DNA of 64,000 nucleotides from Elsinoe ampelina (Eukaryota): assembly GCA_010093995.1 (NCBI GenBank), contig ML992507.1, positions 989,868-1,053,867 on the forward strand. Reading direction: 5' to 3'. Each line of letters starts with the position of its first letter. Within the stretch, counting starts at the first letter, position 1. A program made the translations under genes and the position numbers. Shown one piece after another: positions 1 through 13,390 of this stretch. Below the pieces are notes generated by a model. It was not told where the DNA came from, ran no database searches, and worked only from the letters and a program-made list of their open reading frames with translations.

Positions 1-41
1 AAGTTCTCTGAATCCCCGCTTGAGAGGTCTCATTGATAGTC

Positions 42-517
42 ATGTCGATCCCAAATAATGAGGCGCTCCAGAAGGTAGGCAAATGTTGTGCTCTGAACGG
101 CAAATGCACTGACGTGCACTCAGCTCCTCATTGAGATCGAGCAAAAAGCTAGCTTCGCGCAGCAGCAAATGGTCATTGTCAAATCGCAGATTGATGCCTC
201 GAAACGGGAAATCCGGATGATCGATTTGATGAACAAGGAGATCGATTCGCTACCTGGAGATGCAAAGCTTTATGAAGGCGTTGGGAAGATGTGAGTCTCG
301 GCATATCTGGCGGCAAATGGTGTTCTGGGACGCCACCTGACCATATCAAAGGTTCGTCGCCAGCCCGACTGCTGATGTGAACACACGTCTGGTTAAGGAG
401 AAGAAGGATCTTAACGCCAAGCTGGATAATCTGGATAAGAAGTACACCTTCCTGGAGACAACATATAAGAACAGTCAGGAGCATCTCGACAAGGTCTTTA
501 AGAATGGAGGCAGATGA
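42..517 (+). CDS. PFD1: Prefoldin subunit 1 (3 exons; introns ~75-123 and ~291-350)
   Basis: Manual splice gives MSIPNNEALQK-LLIEIEQKASFAQQQ...LYEGVGKM-FVASP...YLETT-like (FLETTYKNSQEHL) prefoldin beta signature. GT..CTGAC..AG introns; stop TGA at 515-517. Confidence 0.85.
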
Positions 518-806
518 AGGAGCGCCCGCGAATGCAACGACATAGCGCCGAGGCAGTAGAGTTACAGACGAACGTCAAGCCCATTAGGCTGTTAATGGCA
601 ACCTAGCGAGCCGGCACCCAAATGAGCAGCCTCTCAACAGAGCCACAGTCATACGCCAAGAACCTTCGCTGTTCTCTTTGAGGATTCTCAATCCGGCCTG
701 GCGACACACTGGCCAACAGAGCTCGATGCAATCTTCAAAGGACCACGATGTCGGGTCAATGCAAGGGTGGAGATATCATTCCCGCCCAATATGTACAAAA
801 CACTGC

Positions 807-1662
807 CTACCAAATCCCAAACCACTTCTTCACCTTCTTCCTCTCCCCTCCAAAATCCACATACTCCTTCTCCCCCTCACCCCTCCCCTCTCCCTCCGCG
901 GCCCCCAGCAGCGCCTCCCCACCCTCCCTCCCCCTCGCCTCCTCCGCCTCCGCCAACGTCTCCCCCTTCTTCTCCGCCCTATACGTCCAACCTCCCAACC
1001 CAGGCTCATCATCAATCCCATGCGCCTTCCTAAACTCGCTCCTCTTCCTCACATCATCCACTTTCGCCTCTCTCTTCGCGATCGTCTGCTCCGTGATGAA
1101 ATCCGTATGCATTTGGTAGACCTCCAACCAGCGACCCAGGAAGCGGAAGGGGTGGGAGAAGAAGAAGTTGTTCGGCGGGAGTTGGTCCCGATAGGGCGTT
1201 GTGTGGAGGAAGTTGGTGAGGATGGTGAAGAAAGCGAGGGAGACGAGGACGGCCTGGGGACGTTAGCTGGAGGCTTTAAGGGGGAGAAGGGGAGGGGAAG
1301 GGACGCACGAGGGTTATGCCTGTGTGGAGTGCTCTTGAAGTTAGGAATTTGTGCATGAAGGAGCCTTCGGGTGGCATCATGTGCGGGTATTGCTTGGTCT
1401 TTTGCACTTCGCGCTCTTTTCGTGATAGGGGCGGGCCTGGATACGCGGGTTTGGCAGTGCGTAGTCGGGCTGGGTGCGAGGGTGGGCGGAACTTGTCTGG
1501 TTGTTCGAGCACACGGGCTTTGATGGGCTTGACTGTAGATGCCGCGCGAGATGGCTGGCGGAAAATGGTACTATTGCGCAAAGGCAATCGGCGGAGGGTG
1601 AGCATCCTTTCGGCTGCTAAGGACTGGCGGGCCAGTGCCAGCGAAGTCTGTAGAGTTGACAT
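807..1662 (-). CDS. Conserved fungal hypothetical protein, probably mitochondrial membrane (2 exons)
   Basis: ORFs 1276-1662 and 807-1127 join via a short intron near 1255-1310. Arg/Ser-rich presequence-like N-terminus, a hydrophobic segment, and a K-rich C-terminus ending KKWFGIW. Confidence 0.7.
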
Positions 1663-1944
1663 GTTTGGTTGTCAAATGGAGGAGAGAGCGGATGTCGTGG
1701 AGGGGAAATTTTTGGGACAGCTTCGGCTTTGCCTTCAGTATCGCAGGACTATTCGCTTTTCAATCGAGTGTTCCTCAAAACACGACATCATTACAGGATT
1801 CTACTGACACAGAGGCTGGCATTGAGATTGTTTCTGACAGGAGACATTGTTTTAACAGCTGGAACATCTACATCCCGCGAGTCACCTGCGATGGCGCAAC
1901 CATAAGGTGGAACTGAGCACATCCCATCCACCACAAATACCAAC

Positions 1945-3024
1945 ATGCCAGCTCCATTGCGGTCAAAACCGCTTTCAAAATCACTCTTTCCAACAGCCGT
2001 AAAGACACAAAAGCCAGTCGTCTTCTCGGAAAGTGCCAATGTTCGTCTCGTACCCTACATCCGCCACATCGCTTGGTCCCCAACTGGCGCATGTCTGGCC
2101 GCGACTTCTGGAGCCGCCGTACGGATCTGGAACCCGGAGAAACCCCAGGTCAAGAACAGTCAAGAACTCAAAGGTCATATCGGCGTGGTCGAACGAGTAG
2201 CGTGGCGGCCGACAAGGGAATCTGAGCTCGCGAGTACGGGAAGCGATGGCACGGTCAAGCTGTGGGATGTACGGATAGGTGCTATTGGCACTGGAAAGTC
2301 GAATGTGGTACAGGAGGTCAAGGTTGGGGATCACGGACTGTTCATGACTTGGAGCCCCGATGGCAATGAGATTGTAGTTGGGCGGAGAGACGATGTGATT
2401 GTACCTATTGATGTACGAATGGGTCTTGTGCCGGGTGGTCCTCCTGAGGCACTCGAGACGAGAGAAGGCAAGAAGCTTCAGTCGGCACAGACGAACCAGA
2501 TTGCCTTCTCGAATTCAGGTCGAGAGGTATTTGCTACAACAGGTGACGGTTTGGTCAAAGTGCTCGATTGGCCCAGCATGGTAAGTTTGGTCACACAGGC
2601 TGGCTATAGCTGCTGACGAATGCAGAAACTATTGCATACATTGAATGCCCATACTTCTGCGGCCAATTGCGTGGCTCACTCGCCCAACGGCAGCTATGTT
2701 GCTACAGGTGGTAGCGATTCTTTGATCGCGCTTTGGGATACATACGATTGGGTATGTAAGCATACTCTCTCCAACAGCACGAGTGCCATTCATCATCTCT
2801 CGTTCTCGTTCGACGGCACATACATCGCCAGCGGCTGCGGTCCAGAGAAAGATGGCCAGTCAGGGCTCGAAATTTCTCATGTGGAGACGGGCGAAAGTGT
2901 CTATACCATCGAGACAACGAATGCCCAAACGATGGTAGCGTGGCACCCTCTGAGGTATTGGCTGGCGTATGCTGGCGATCCTGGCGGTTTGAGGACGATT
3001 GGAGTTGGCGCCGCAGGTCTCTGA
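1945..3024 (+). CDS. TEX1: WD40-repeat THO/TREX complex subunit 3 (Tex1/THOC3-like)
   Basis: Multiple WD repeats (GSDGTVKLWD, GGSDSLIALWD) and C-terminal VAWHPLRYWLAYAGD. Intron GTAAGT 2581 to CAG 2625. Confidence 0.8.
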
Positions 3025-3096
3025 GTTTGCTCGACTGAGGAGAGCACTCAACCCTGCCGAGCAGCAATGCTCTATTGCTAAGGCATCTTTGCTCAA

Positions 3097-4247
3097 TCAC
3101 CTTTCGACGGCCTCCAACGCATCAATGACCTCCCAACCTACACCTCCCTTCTCCACGACTGACTTGATCATGGAACTGATCATGCTCCTGCGAATACCTC
3201 CTCTGGGTGGTCGCCAGACCTTCTGAGGATCAATTGCTTCCCTTTTCGCGAGCGCATCTTCCTTTGACGTAGGTGCTGTACCACCAGTAGCCGTATTCAT
3301 ACTATCCGGAATGCCCGGATTCGTTCTTCGCGATGGCGGGTCAATAGACCTCAAGGCGACCACTGTTAGTTCCCCTTTTGTAGCGCCGGCCACTGCTTTC
3401 TCTGCCACCGAAACCGCAAGCAAGGCGTCTGCTACTGCGAGCTCCTCTTCTGTCGCATCGAAGAATATGTTCTCGCCAACACCCATGACCAGGAGTGTGA
3501 CAGGCGGCTTGCTGTTGGAGTGCTGAGAAGGGTAGAGGGACGTAGCGGCGTCCCAATCGTCATTGAAAAGAGGGTCCTCATCCTTCTCCGACACCAGAGC
3601 TGGTAGCTTTGTTTGCAGCATTGCGAGGTGCGTCGTCAGCGACAGCAGCGGCAGAGGGTATGATAGTGGCGCAGAAAGAAGCAAGATCTGTTTGCTGGTC
3701 AGTCGCTTATACCACCTGTCCGATTAATGATACCCACATCAATATAGAGGACCCAATGAAATCGAGTGTTGATGTAGAGCCTATCGCGAAGTCTGCCATC
3801 CGCAAGTAATGCTTCTGACAGCATAGATGCAAGGAAGACCGGCATCTGGTCATCGTCTCTGAACCCAGGGATTTCGACAGTGATTTCCAGCCACGAGTCT
3901 GAACCTTTTCCCTCAGCGTCGACTGCATCGTTCTGATCCATGTCGATGTCTTGATCTGCTCCACCAGTTCCCAGCCCACGCACTCCTTCTTGCTCCGTTT
4001 CGCCACTGCCTGTGGTTGCCGTGCTTGATTTCTGTACCTCAGCCTTTACCCCGACCACAGCTTCCGTACCATCGGCGAAGCAGATTCGAGCACTGCCGTT
4101 TGCAGCTGGTAAAATGTCTGTTTCTGCCACCAATGGCCGGAATTGTGTAGGAGAGCGGCCATCAGGGCGAATCGGTGGGGAGGATAAAAGTGATGTCTGC
4201 ACATACGAGAGCTCTGCTGGTGACAGCAGCACCTGTGAGGGTGCCAT
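3097..4247 (-). CDS. RRP42: Exosome RNase PH-like subunit Rrp42 (2 exons)
   Basis: N-terminus LSPAELSY...PIRPDGRSPTQFRPL, NGSARI, VGVKAEV, WVLYIDV; second exon LLSAPLSYP...TKLP...DDWD. Confidence 0.8.
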
Positions 4248-4972
4248 TGAGCTGAGTTTCTACCCTTCAGTCGGCCTCAGATCGGTTATGTACAGTTCCT
4301 TTAGTGCTTAATGCGAGGTCGTGATTTCTCAATGCTTCGGAAACTTCTGCGGCGAGACGGCTGACCAATCACAGAGCTCCATATTTGACTTCATGCTTTC
4401 TTCAAGCTCGACAACCATGCCTTCGTCCACATCACCATGATTTAGTACATGGATGATTCTCCTTCGGACCTTCGGAGCAGCAGTGATACGATGACGGTCT
4501 GCGCAAAGAACAAAACTCAGTGCGCTGCCCCGACAGTTCCAGTGGCACCACAACCACGTCGTTCATGGCTTCCTCCGAGCTGCGAAGACATCAGGTAACG
4601 TATTTATACGTCTCTTCCACCATTAGATGTCCTCAAGATCTCAATCACGCCTTTTGGGATAATGCCAGTAGGTTACTGGGCTCTCCTGAGCTGCTTCCTT
4701 ACCATGTGATGCTACGCGGATGGCTAGGCCGCTCAGCAGTGGTCATCGCAGGCACATGCCAGGTTTTCTGTGGATTGTCCATTATGCAATCAGCGTGGAC
4801 ATGTGAAGTTCCCACCGCACATGCTCTCTATTCTCATCTTGCCACCAACGCTCCGTTCCATCGTTACGACATGCCTAGTCCAGCCAATAACCCTGGGATA
4901 AGTCGCTACGGTCGAACGAGACAGCAGACTGGCCGCGCATTAGGCTGGCTCTACGCCACAAGTCTATCCGAT

Positions 4973-5874
4973 ATGGCTCTCAAGAAGCCTTCAACGAAGC
5001 GGTCGGTTCTGGTCCCATTTTCACATCGGCGAATCTGACTTTGTACAGCAAGAGATCTGTGCAAGAAGATCAAGGACCCGCTATCAGCAGTATCCGCAAG
5101 TACGCTGCAGATATGCCATCGTCAGTTGATACACCGTGTTTCCGTTGGAGTCGGAGTCGCTCATACAATCACAGCAAGTCCTTCGGCAACAGTATGTTGT
5201 CACTCTATTGCGGAAACTCACTGAGCCCACTCCTGATCTACGAAAATCTTGCTTGCCAACATTCGGGCTTCTTCAAAGCGCGTTGCTCTTTCAACGAGCT
5301 CATCGGCGGGAGCAACTCTTGCCATATTGCGGACTATGGGCCAGACCTCATGGAGATGTACAACAGCTACCTCTGCACCGGCAGTGTATTCTCTCGCCAG
5401 CCTTCTACAGAAGGCGTGAAACCGAAGAAGATCACCATCCATGGGTCGACAATGTCCGAAGATGATATCGAATGGCTACTCTTGGCTGAGCTGCACATCA
5501 TGGGTGGCTTCTTACTCGATACCAAGTTTCAGAACATCATTATCGACGCCATGTTTGAGAAGCTCCAGTCTGATGGCGATGCTCCACTCATTCTTGCCGA
5601 AGGGATTTACAGTCACACCCCTCCGGGCGATCCATTGCGCAGAATGCTTGTCGACCTCCATGTGTATCTGTGGCACGGGGAATGCATCGAATCTGCCGGT
5701 GCTACAGATGCACAAAACGAAGCCGACTTCATGTATCAGGTAGCCAAAGAACTACTGGCGGTCAACGCTAGAGGGCCGCTCAAGGACGCGGCCAAGCCTT
5801 GGGACTTGGATGGATGCCGCTACCACATCCACGGCAGTGATGCAGAGAAGAGATCATGCAAGAGCAAGCGATGA
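4973..5874 (+). CDS. BTB/POZ-domain protein, tandem copy 1
   Basis: Fungal BTB-like core (IYENLACQHSGFFKA...YNSYLCTG, GGFLLDTKFQNIIIDA, PLRRMLVD) and C-terminal PWD.D.CRYH.H. Two phase-2 introns at ~5002-5048 and ~5100-5174. Confidence 0.7.
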
Positions 5875-6386
5875 TTGCCACCATGCCCAGGAATTGCTCG
5901 GAGAACGGACTGGCTGATGTTTCAGCACTTGGAGAGCCACGTAAGACAGAAAGATTGGAACTGGCCTAGAGCGATGTTTGGCTGCATCACTGGATTGCTA
6001 GAGCAGAGCCTGATTGTGCTCGGTGAGTGAATTTCACAATTGATTGCTATAGTACAACACATCAAAGAGATAAAATACAATTGCTTCCTCAATTGTGCCC
6101 CAACCGTCAATCTTTGCCTGCGGCCACGAACTCCATTAATACGTAGTGGATCCTGTCTGGTAGCCTACCCATTTCACATCAGCCGCCGAGGGATACTTGT
6201 GATACCCCGTCGACCGACTTCGTTCGCGGGCATCTGCGCTGTGAAAGATTTAGGCACTCAATTTGCCAGTACAAATTCTCGCTCCAGATGACTTGCACGC
6301 TCCTCGACGTTCTCTTCTATTTCGTGTGCATCTGTTTCCTGCTGTCACCCATCTCGCACCACTATCGGCTGCTGCATCATTCATCC

Positions 6387-7468
6387 ATGGCTTCCCGCAA
6401 ATCTACACAAAAGTCGGAAGACATTAGGCACGTATGGGAAGAGTAACGTGAACCACTAACGTGCCACAGGAAGGGCAAAGCCAAGCTGACCAAGAGGGAA
6501 GCAGCACAGAGAGCTAGACAGGAGATGATGTGCAGTTACCCGTATGTGGTCCATTCACACCAACTTTCGAAGTGTGACTGACTCTCTCTTGCCTCAGGCT
6601 TCCCATCATCGGCGACACTATTGTGGTGGAAGTCGGACCGAAGAAGCGCCCTCTCAATTATCACAAAGAGGCCTTGGTGAAACATTCCGGATACTTGGCT
6701 GCTCACTTCCGGTTCCATCGTGCAGACGGCAAGGTCCCTTCTGTTTCCGTCTCCGATCACGATCCCGCGGTGTTCATCATCTGGGCTAGGTACGCATACA
6801 CAGGAAAGCTCCAATACTGTCTGGACGAAGTCAGCAAGGCGGACAAAGAGGATGGTGGCGAACAAACCGCCTCGACTGAGGAGACCATCACAACACCAGC
6901 GGACACTCCTGCATCCAACACGCCTTCACCCTCGTCTTGTCCAGAATCACGCCCCGCCACAGCCAGCAGACCATCCCGCCAACCCGCCGCCGAAGACAAG
7001 CCAGACATCACCACCTCCACCACCACCGACGACCCGGAATGGCAACTCCTCATCAACCTCTACCTCCTCGGGCACTTCCTCCTCGACCTCCCCTTCACCA
7101 ACAAAGTCATCGACGCCATGATCGACAAATGGCACGCCGACCAACGCTGGCCGTGTGGGTACGCCGGCCTGGTCTTCCGTGAGACAGGCGAGGACACGCC
7201 GCTTCGCCGCCTCATTGTGGACTTTCACATCTACATGGGGTTGGGGAGGCAGACGGAGCAGGAGACGTTTGATACGGATGGGGATGAGGTGTTGTTTCTG
7301 AAAGAGGTGAATAGGGCGCTGGCGAAGTTGAAGTGGGATCGGTTTGAGCATGAGTGGTATGAGAGGCCGGAGCCGTGGGAGGAGGATGGGTGTAGGTATC
7401 ATCTGCATGTCGGGGAGGAGGGGGAGGAGGAGAGGAGGGAGTGTGAGAAGGCGAGGGCATTGGGCTGA
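6387..7468 (+). CDS. BTB/POZ-domain protein, tandem copy 2
   Basis: VEVGPKKRPLNYHKEALVKHSGYL, DPAVFIIWARYAYTG, LYLLGHFLLD, PLRRLIVD, PWEEDGCRYHLH. Phase-2 introns 6413-6469 and 6542-6597. Confidence 0.8.
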
Positions 7469-7855
7469 TCTCTACGGGAAAGAGGTCTTGTCAGGTGGTA
7501 TGGGAAAGTTGGCTATCAATGCCTACTCGGTGGGGAGTCGAGTTCGGGATCTACAAGAAAGGGCAACGTATATGAAGTGCTGCCCTTATTGAATGTAGCA
7601 TGTATTCCAAAGGCCAGACTAGTTTGTACAACCTCGATGGTCCCGATCGACGCTTGTGTCAAACTTTGCCGTATTGTCATGAAATTGTAGTGTCCGAACT
7701 GTGATTTGTGAATGATGGTCAAGATGTAGAGTCAATTTCACACGCTGCATTACAGCCAGGCTCGTTTCCTTCTGCACTCACTCTTTCACTTCACCTACTC
7801 GTGAACACCGACGAACATCATCCAAGACTATCTCTTTCAGGGGGGATTGCAGGCC

Positions 7856-9018
7856 ATGCCGGTCATTGACACAAACTTGAGAATGTAAGCAAACATCTGC
7901 ATCTCCGCGCCGCATCTCGTATTGACTTCTTGAAGCCGAGCCGGACGTGCAGAGGACAGGGCCGAAGCTGCGAAAGAGAAACGCAAGAAAGAAGCCGAAG
8001 TCGTACTGTCAGTAAATCGTCGGTCTCTTATGCCTTGAAGTGGCTGATGTCCAGTAGACCATCTTTCGAAGGAGATGTCGCTATTATTGAGGTCGGGCCA
8101 GAGAAGAAGCTATTCAGCATTCACAGAGACAAGCTGTTCGCCAGATCAGAGTACATGAAGAACTTCTACGCAGGTGCCTGGGCTGCGATCGGGAAACCAA
8201 CTCTGCACCAAGTCGATCCTGCTGTGTTCTCGATCTACTCACAGTGGGTTTACACTGGAGTGGCACAAACACAGAGCCCCAGGAAGGGCCAGAGAAAGTC
8301 CAGCCAGCAGTCCAAGAAGCGTAAGCGAGATGTTGAGGACGGCGGGACGATGCTTGAACCGTCCCGCGGCAGGAAGGTCAAGAAAGGTTGGGTCAAGAAA
8401 GGTGGCCGCAAGACCGGCGACTACTTTGACCTCAACGGACCTGAAGCCAACCGGTTGCGAGCTAGGAGAGCAGCAGCAGAGACCGCCAAAGCCGCAGCGA
8501 CTTCTGCAGAGACTACCACCGTGACCTCGACCGCGACTGCCGAGGCAACCACCTCTTCGGAAGAGGATGATTCTGAAGACGAGGAATGGTCCCTGATGGT
8601 CGATCTGTACCTCCTCGCCCAGATCCTCATCGACGACGACCTCGCCTCCCACATGACGGAAGCCATGATGACCAAATTCCGCGCGGAGCACAAACTCCCA
8701 CTCTATCTTGCGGACAAGATCTACCACAATACCGGCTCAGAAGACCCTCTCCGGAAGATGCTCGTTGATTTCCACATCTATTCTGGTCGCGGCAAGCAGA
8801 TCGAGGAAGAAGTTGCACACATGGACGGTGACAACGCAAAAGAATTCCTGCTTGACGCCTTCCGGGGAATGAGGGACAACATGGTACACAACCAAGACCG
8901 AAAGTGGCTGCGTGACAAAGGAGTAGAGCTGCTTGAGCCCTGGGAAGCGGACACTTGCCGTTATCACGACCACAAGACTTCGCAGGAGCAGAAGAAGTGC
9001 AAGTCGAAGACCAGATAG
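7856..9018 (+). CDS. BTB/POZ-domain protein, tandem copy 3 (with basic NLS-like insertion)
   Basis: IEVGPEKKLFSIHRDKLFARSEYM, DPAVFSIYSQWVYTG, PLRKMLVD, PWEADTCRYHDH; KKRKR insert. Phase-2 introns 7885-7935 and 8008-8057. Confidence 0.8.
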
Positions 9019-9350
9019 GCACCAAGCTGTGGAGACCGACGGCCACTGGCGGGCAGGACACCGACTCGTATATATGTGCATACGAGTGGCATTGCTATGT
9101 TGTCAGCATGTTTATCGGTGGATACTTTTCCTGTCTGCTTACTTGTTTGAGGAGATCTCAAATATCGTACAGGACTGCTAGGGTTGCAGAGTCGCAAAAG
9201 CAACCTGAGAAGACTGAGTTGCATTTCGTAGCTTTGCAATACAATACAAACAACCTTGATGTCAAGGTCAAGGGTATCTCCCACGTCCTGCCAGAACGCA
9301 CCCGTCTAAATCGAGTATACGTGTACATGTTCCAATTCCACCTACACTGC

Positions 9351-10700
9351 CTACCCACCCCAGCGATCACCCCCACTAGCCCGCCACCTTACGCGCCCCA
9401 TCCCCTTTCCCTTCTCATCACTTGCCACCTGCTTGTCACCACCGGCAGCCCTCTTCTTCCCTTCCTCAAACACCCCCTCCTCCTTCCACCTCCCCACCTT
9501 CCTCCCCCAAGCCCTCCTATTCCTCTCCCTGACCCTCTCTCTCCTCTCCTCATCCCTCGCCGCCTTCTCCCGATCAATCAGGGCCACATACTCGCTCGCC
9601 CTCCTCGCATTCTTCTCCTTCTCCTCCGCCAGCAAATCATACACCCCCTCCAACGCGGCCCGTACAGGCGCCGCCCAAGTCGCACCATAGACATCAATGA
9701 TTGGCTCCCCCGGCTGGCCGGACGGGTCTCGCGGCTCTGCCATGGCCTCGTGGGGGCCAATGCCGTGGAGGCGGAAGAGGATGTCGTCCCAGAGGTCTTC
9801 GCCTTCTGCGGTGCTGAGGAGGTGGGAGAGGGCGAGGGCGCGGTCGTTGCGGCGTTGGCGTTGGGTGATGCGGCTTTGGAGGAAGAGGGAGAGGGAGCGC
9901 GGTTGGGGTTTGGTGAAGCGGAGGACGGGGATTTTGTTGGCGGAGAAGAGGATGGGGATGTGGCGCTGGGGTCGAGGATCTTGCTCGGTGGTTCCGGTGT
10001 GAGACTCGGACGAGGTTGGGTTTGTCGGGCTTGGTCTAGCTTGTGCTTTGAGCTTTGCAAGGGGTAGAGGTCGGGCTTTCCATCCTGCGCCTTGAGTTGG
10101 GTCGCGAGTGAATGAAGGGGCTTCCCTCTCTTTCCTCTTGCGTGCCTCCTCTTGCTGTCTCTTGAACTCGTCGCCTTGTTCCCAGGCTATCCTCTCCAGG
10201 AGAGTCTTGTTCCTCTTCTCTGCTAGGTACCGTGCCAGCAGATTTTTTGCGCCTGCCTGTCCTGCTGGCGACGAAGAACGCGTGAGGTCCAGTGTGTCCA
10301 GTATAGCGTAGCCATGTTCAAAGAGAGGCCCGAGGAGGCGGTGGGAGGTGTTGAGTCTGTTTCGGCGGAAGCGGAAGCGAATCAAGGAGTTCAAGGAGGT
10401 GCGGTGGTCGGGTGGTATGGGGGAATTGGAGAGGGAAGTGATGAGATTGCGATAGAGGGAGATGGCTAGTCATAGTCAGTAACCATTCCGTCCATATTTC
10501 GGTTCGCGGTAGGGTAAACCCAGTGTGGGAGCATCGAGCAATTGTAACTTTGGGAAGGTAGTAGAATAGCTCAGCGTGAGATTGAAGGACACCACTCGAG
10601 GCAGCGACACAGGTGAACGACCAATGGCATGACAGATGAGAATTTACGTACCTGCAACTCGATGAGGTCCATATTTATGCGGGACAAGGAACCTGGGCAT
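9351..10700 (-). CDS. Complex-1 LYR-motif mitochondrial protein
   Basis: Exon 1 MPRFLVPHKYGPHRVA, then a ~185-nt intron (GTACGT..CTGAC..TAG), then AISLYRNLI...IRFRFRRN (LYR motif) in frame with ORF 9351-10394. Confidence 0.7.
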
Positions 10701-11090
10701 TACATATTTGCATGCATGGAGGAAGCATAAAGGAAGGAGGTACGGCGGAGGACGAAAAAGTCACGCCAAGACTTTTGCCCACATGCACGATGGACATGAT
10801 CAACAGATGATTTGATTGAGAAGAAGTTTCATGTACAATTGAAATATTACACTATCTCTTTTCCGACGAGTATGGCTTGGGTATGAAGCGGTCACCCCTT
10901 TTTCCTTTTTGTACAGTCTGGCTGTGGCCGTGGTGATGTTCAAATGCAATGAACGCCCGCTGAACGCATGATCGGAAATGCTGACCTTCTCATCCATGCC
11001 TTGCTCCCTCAGAGGACGATATTGAGCAAGGTCCACTGACTGAATCGCCCCATGCCTATCCCATGCAGTGACATCCTTCCCATCCCGATC

Positions 11091-11981
11091 CTACTCAAAC
11101 ACCAAAGCATTCACCACATGCCCATCCTGCCACCCCTGCTCCCTCAAACTCTGATCCTCCCTAAGAATCTTCCCGAGGTACAACAACCTCATCCTCTTCC
11201 CACCACTCTTCTCCTGCAACCTCCTCACCAGCACCCTCACCTTCTGCTCCACCCCAACCTCAACCACCACATCAACCCCCTTATCACTCAGCCTCGCCCT
11301 CACCTTGACCCTCTCCCCCTCATTCCTCTCCCTCCCCTTGCCCTTCTCATCCTCGCTTTCCTCCCCCTCACTATCCTTCTCCTTCTCCCCCCTCACCTCC
11401 TCCTCGACCAAATCCTCCGGATCCCCCACCACCCAACCCGGAATATCATACCCCCTCCCTTGCTCATCGAACACCCCTCCCTTCCTCCTCTCTCCATCCC
11501 TCACCGTCCCTCGCGCTGGCTTCTCACTCTTGATCCGTCCCGTGGGACACGTCAGCCCCACGGCGTCCATCATGCCCTGCGCGCTCGCCACGTCGCCCGC
11601 CCGCAGCATCTCGCATACAATCTTCAGCGCGGACCACACTTCCGGATCGCCGGTGACGCGCGTGTCGAAGAAGGCCTCCCTCTCTTTCGCGAGCTGGCTG
11701 GGTGTCCACGGCGCCAGGGCGCGTTCCGGCGGGCACCGTTGCACTGGACTCGGGGGCCGGAGGGGTTTGTTCGGGCGTGATCCTGTGCTGCCGTTGCGTT
11801 CGGGGAGGCGGTGCGGGGAGTGGTGCTGTGAGTGCCCGCTTACGTGGCTGGCGGAGCGTGAGTGGTGGCCGCCTGGCGCGTTGATGGCGGCGAGGCTGGA
11901 GCTGTTGGGAGGGATGGGGATGGCGGCCGCGTGGGCTTCTTCGCCTGTCGGTGGCGTGGGGCGGGAGGTGCAGCAGCCCAT
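11091..11981 (-). CDS. Ubiquitin-domain protein (UBTD/DC-UbP family)
   Basis: MGCC acylation-type N-terminus, WTPSQLAKEREAFFDTRVTGDPEVW, GGVFDEQGRGYDIPGW, and a C-terminal UBL (RLLYLGKILREDQSL). Confidence 0.85.
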   Translation of the reverse strand: MGCCTSRPTPPTGEEAHAAAIPIPPNSSSLAAINAPGGHHSRSASHVSGHSQHHSPHRLPERNGSTGSRPNKPLRPPSPVQRCPPERALAPWTPSQLAKEREAFFDTRVTGDPEVWSALKIVCEMLRAGDVASAQGMMDAVGLTCPTGRIKSEKPARGTVRDGERRKGGVFDEQGRGYDIPGWVVGDPEDLVEEEVRGEKEKDSEGEESEDEKGKGRERNEGERVKVRARLSDKGVDVVVEVGVEQKVRVLVRRLQEKSGGKRMRLLYLGKILREDQSLREQGWQDGHVVNALVFE

Positions 11982-13390
11982 TATTGTGAGGGGGGCATGC
12001 TATGGGGGATGTATGTGAAGGTGGAGGTGGCCTCGAGGTGGAGATGTGAGGCGCGGAGGTGCTGAGGGGGTTTAAGCGAGTGTGTGGGTACAGCAGGCTT
12101 GTAGATGGTGAATGAGTCGTGTGAGAAACAGCCTCGAAGAATGCGAGAGGTTGTACTGCAGTCTGTTTTGCCCGTTGAGCGGCTTCAAAAGATTAAAAAG
12201 ACTCGAGGGCAGGGAGCAAGACTAGTTTGCCGCACACCCGTTTTGACAATTGGTCGCTGTGGGCGTTTGGATAGATTTAAGGCCTGTAGAGATGTTGAAA
12301 ACAGGTAACGGCGCGGAGAAGGTAGATGCTATTGCTATTGCTGTAGCTGTTTAGTGCCAGTGAATGAAGAAAGTGGTGGCACACCCCAAGGCAAGACGAG
12401 GACGGGGAAGATCGAGGTTGATGAGGTCACGGCAGGGCCCAGACGATGCGCGAGACTCGATGCATGCCCTGATCATCCTTGGTCCATCATGACTGCGCGT
12501 CAAGAAACACCAAGACAACATGAGCCACAGCCGAGATCCCTTTTGGCGAACCATCTTTTTATGACGGGACAAAGTGGTTGGTCGCGGGAGAAGTCGAATT
12601 GAGTCGTTACAGATCTTGCAGCCAATTGATAAACGGCTTGCTACAACTCAGTCCGCAAAGGCGCCTTTACGGAGAACGTTCCTGTACAACGTAAACGCCA
12701 TACCTGTCACAGCCCTAGAACAACCTTGTCGAGCTTTTCAGCTCATGCATCTTTACAAATACACTCAGTATCACGTGGCACTGGACACACAAGCAAAGTA
12801 TTGGTAAAGCAGTCTCTTCACTATCTACCCGACTCGTCTGCACCATTACTATCCTCCTCCATATCCACCGGCATCCAACACACACAAAGAGCAGAGAGCA
12901 ATGCAAATCAGGAAAAACTCAAAAAAGGCAAAAACGAGAAAGCAGAACGATAAAAGCAAAAAAATCAGGGTATCACGGGTATTCGCGATGCTGAAACACA
13001 AGGACGACATCCCCTGGGCCTCTCTTTCCATTCTGCCAGCCTATTCCCTCTCGTTCCAGATCTTGTGCGTTTGTTCTCGTGATCACAAGGAGTGACACGG
13101 TCAGTGATTATCGTCAAGCTGAAACGAGAGTGTCGAAGTTGGAGCGTCCGTCCGATGGTATATCATCCAGATCTCCGGGTATCTCAAGTGTGGTGGTGGG
13201 GTAATTTTTCTGTGTAGGTTGGGTATTTTCAATTTCTTTTCGGTTGGGTGCAGTCTTGTTGTCACAATTTCGTTGCTTCGTCGGCGAAGTGAGCGTGCAG
13301 GTTTAAACGAGTTGTAGCGAGCGTCGGGCTTCTTTTCTCGTACCTTGATCATTTGGATCAGTTTCGGCGATTGCTCCTGTCCACCAAAGG

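Noticed and set aside
678..1358. Long Pro/Leu-rich plus-strand ORFs (also 8955-10067, 11052-11780, 13353-14309, and 46046-46858 on minus)
   Set aside because: Shadow frames antisense to real genes. The C/G skew suppresses stop codons; no domain features.
10466..10651. Relatively long intron in the LYR gene as a possible snoRNA host
   Set aside because: No convincing C/D pair or rRNA antisense element found by eye.
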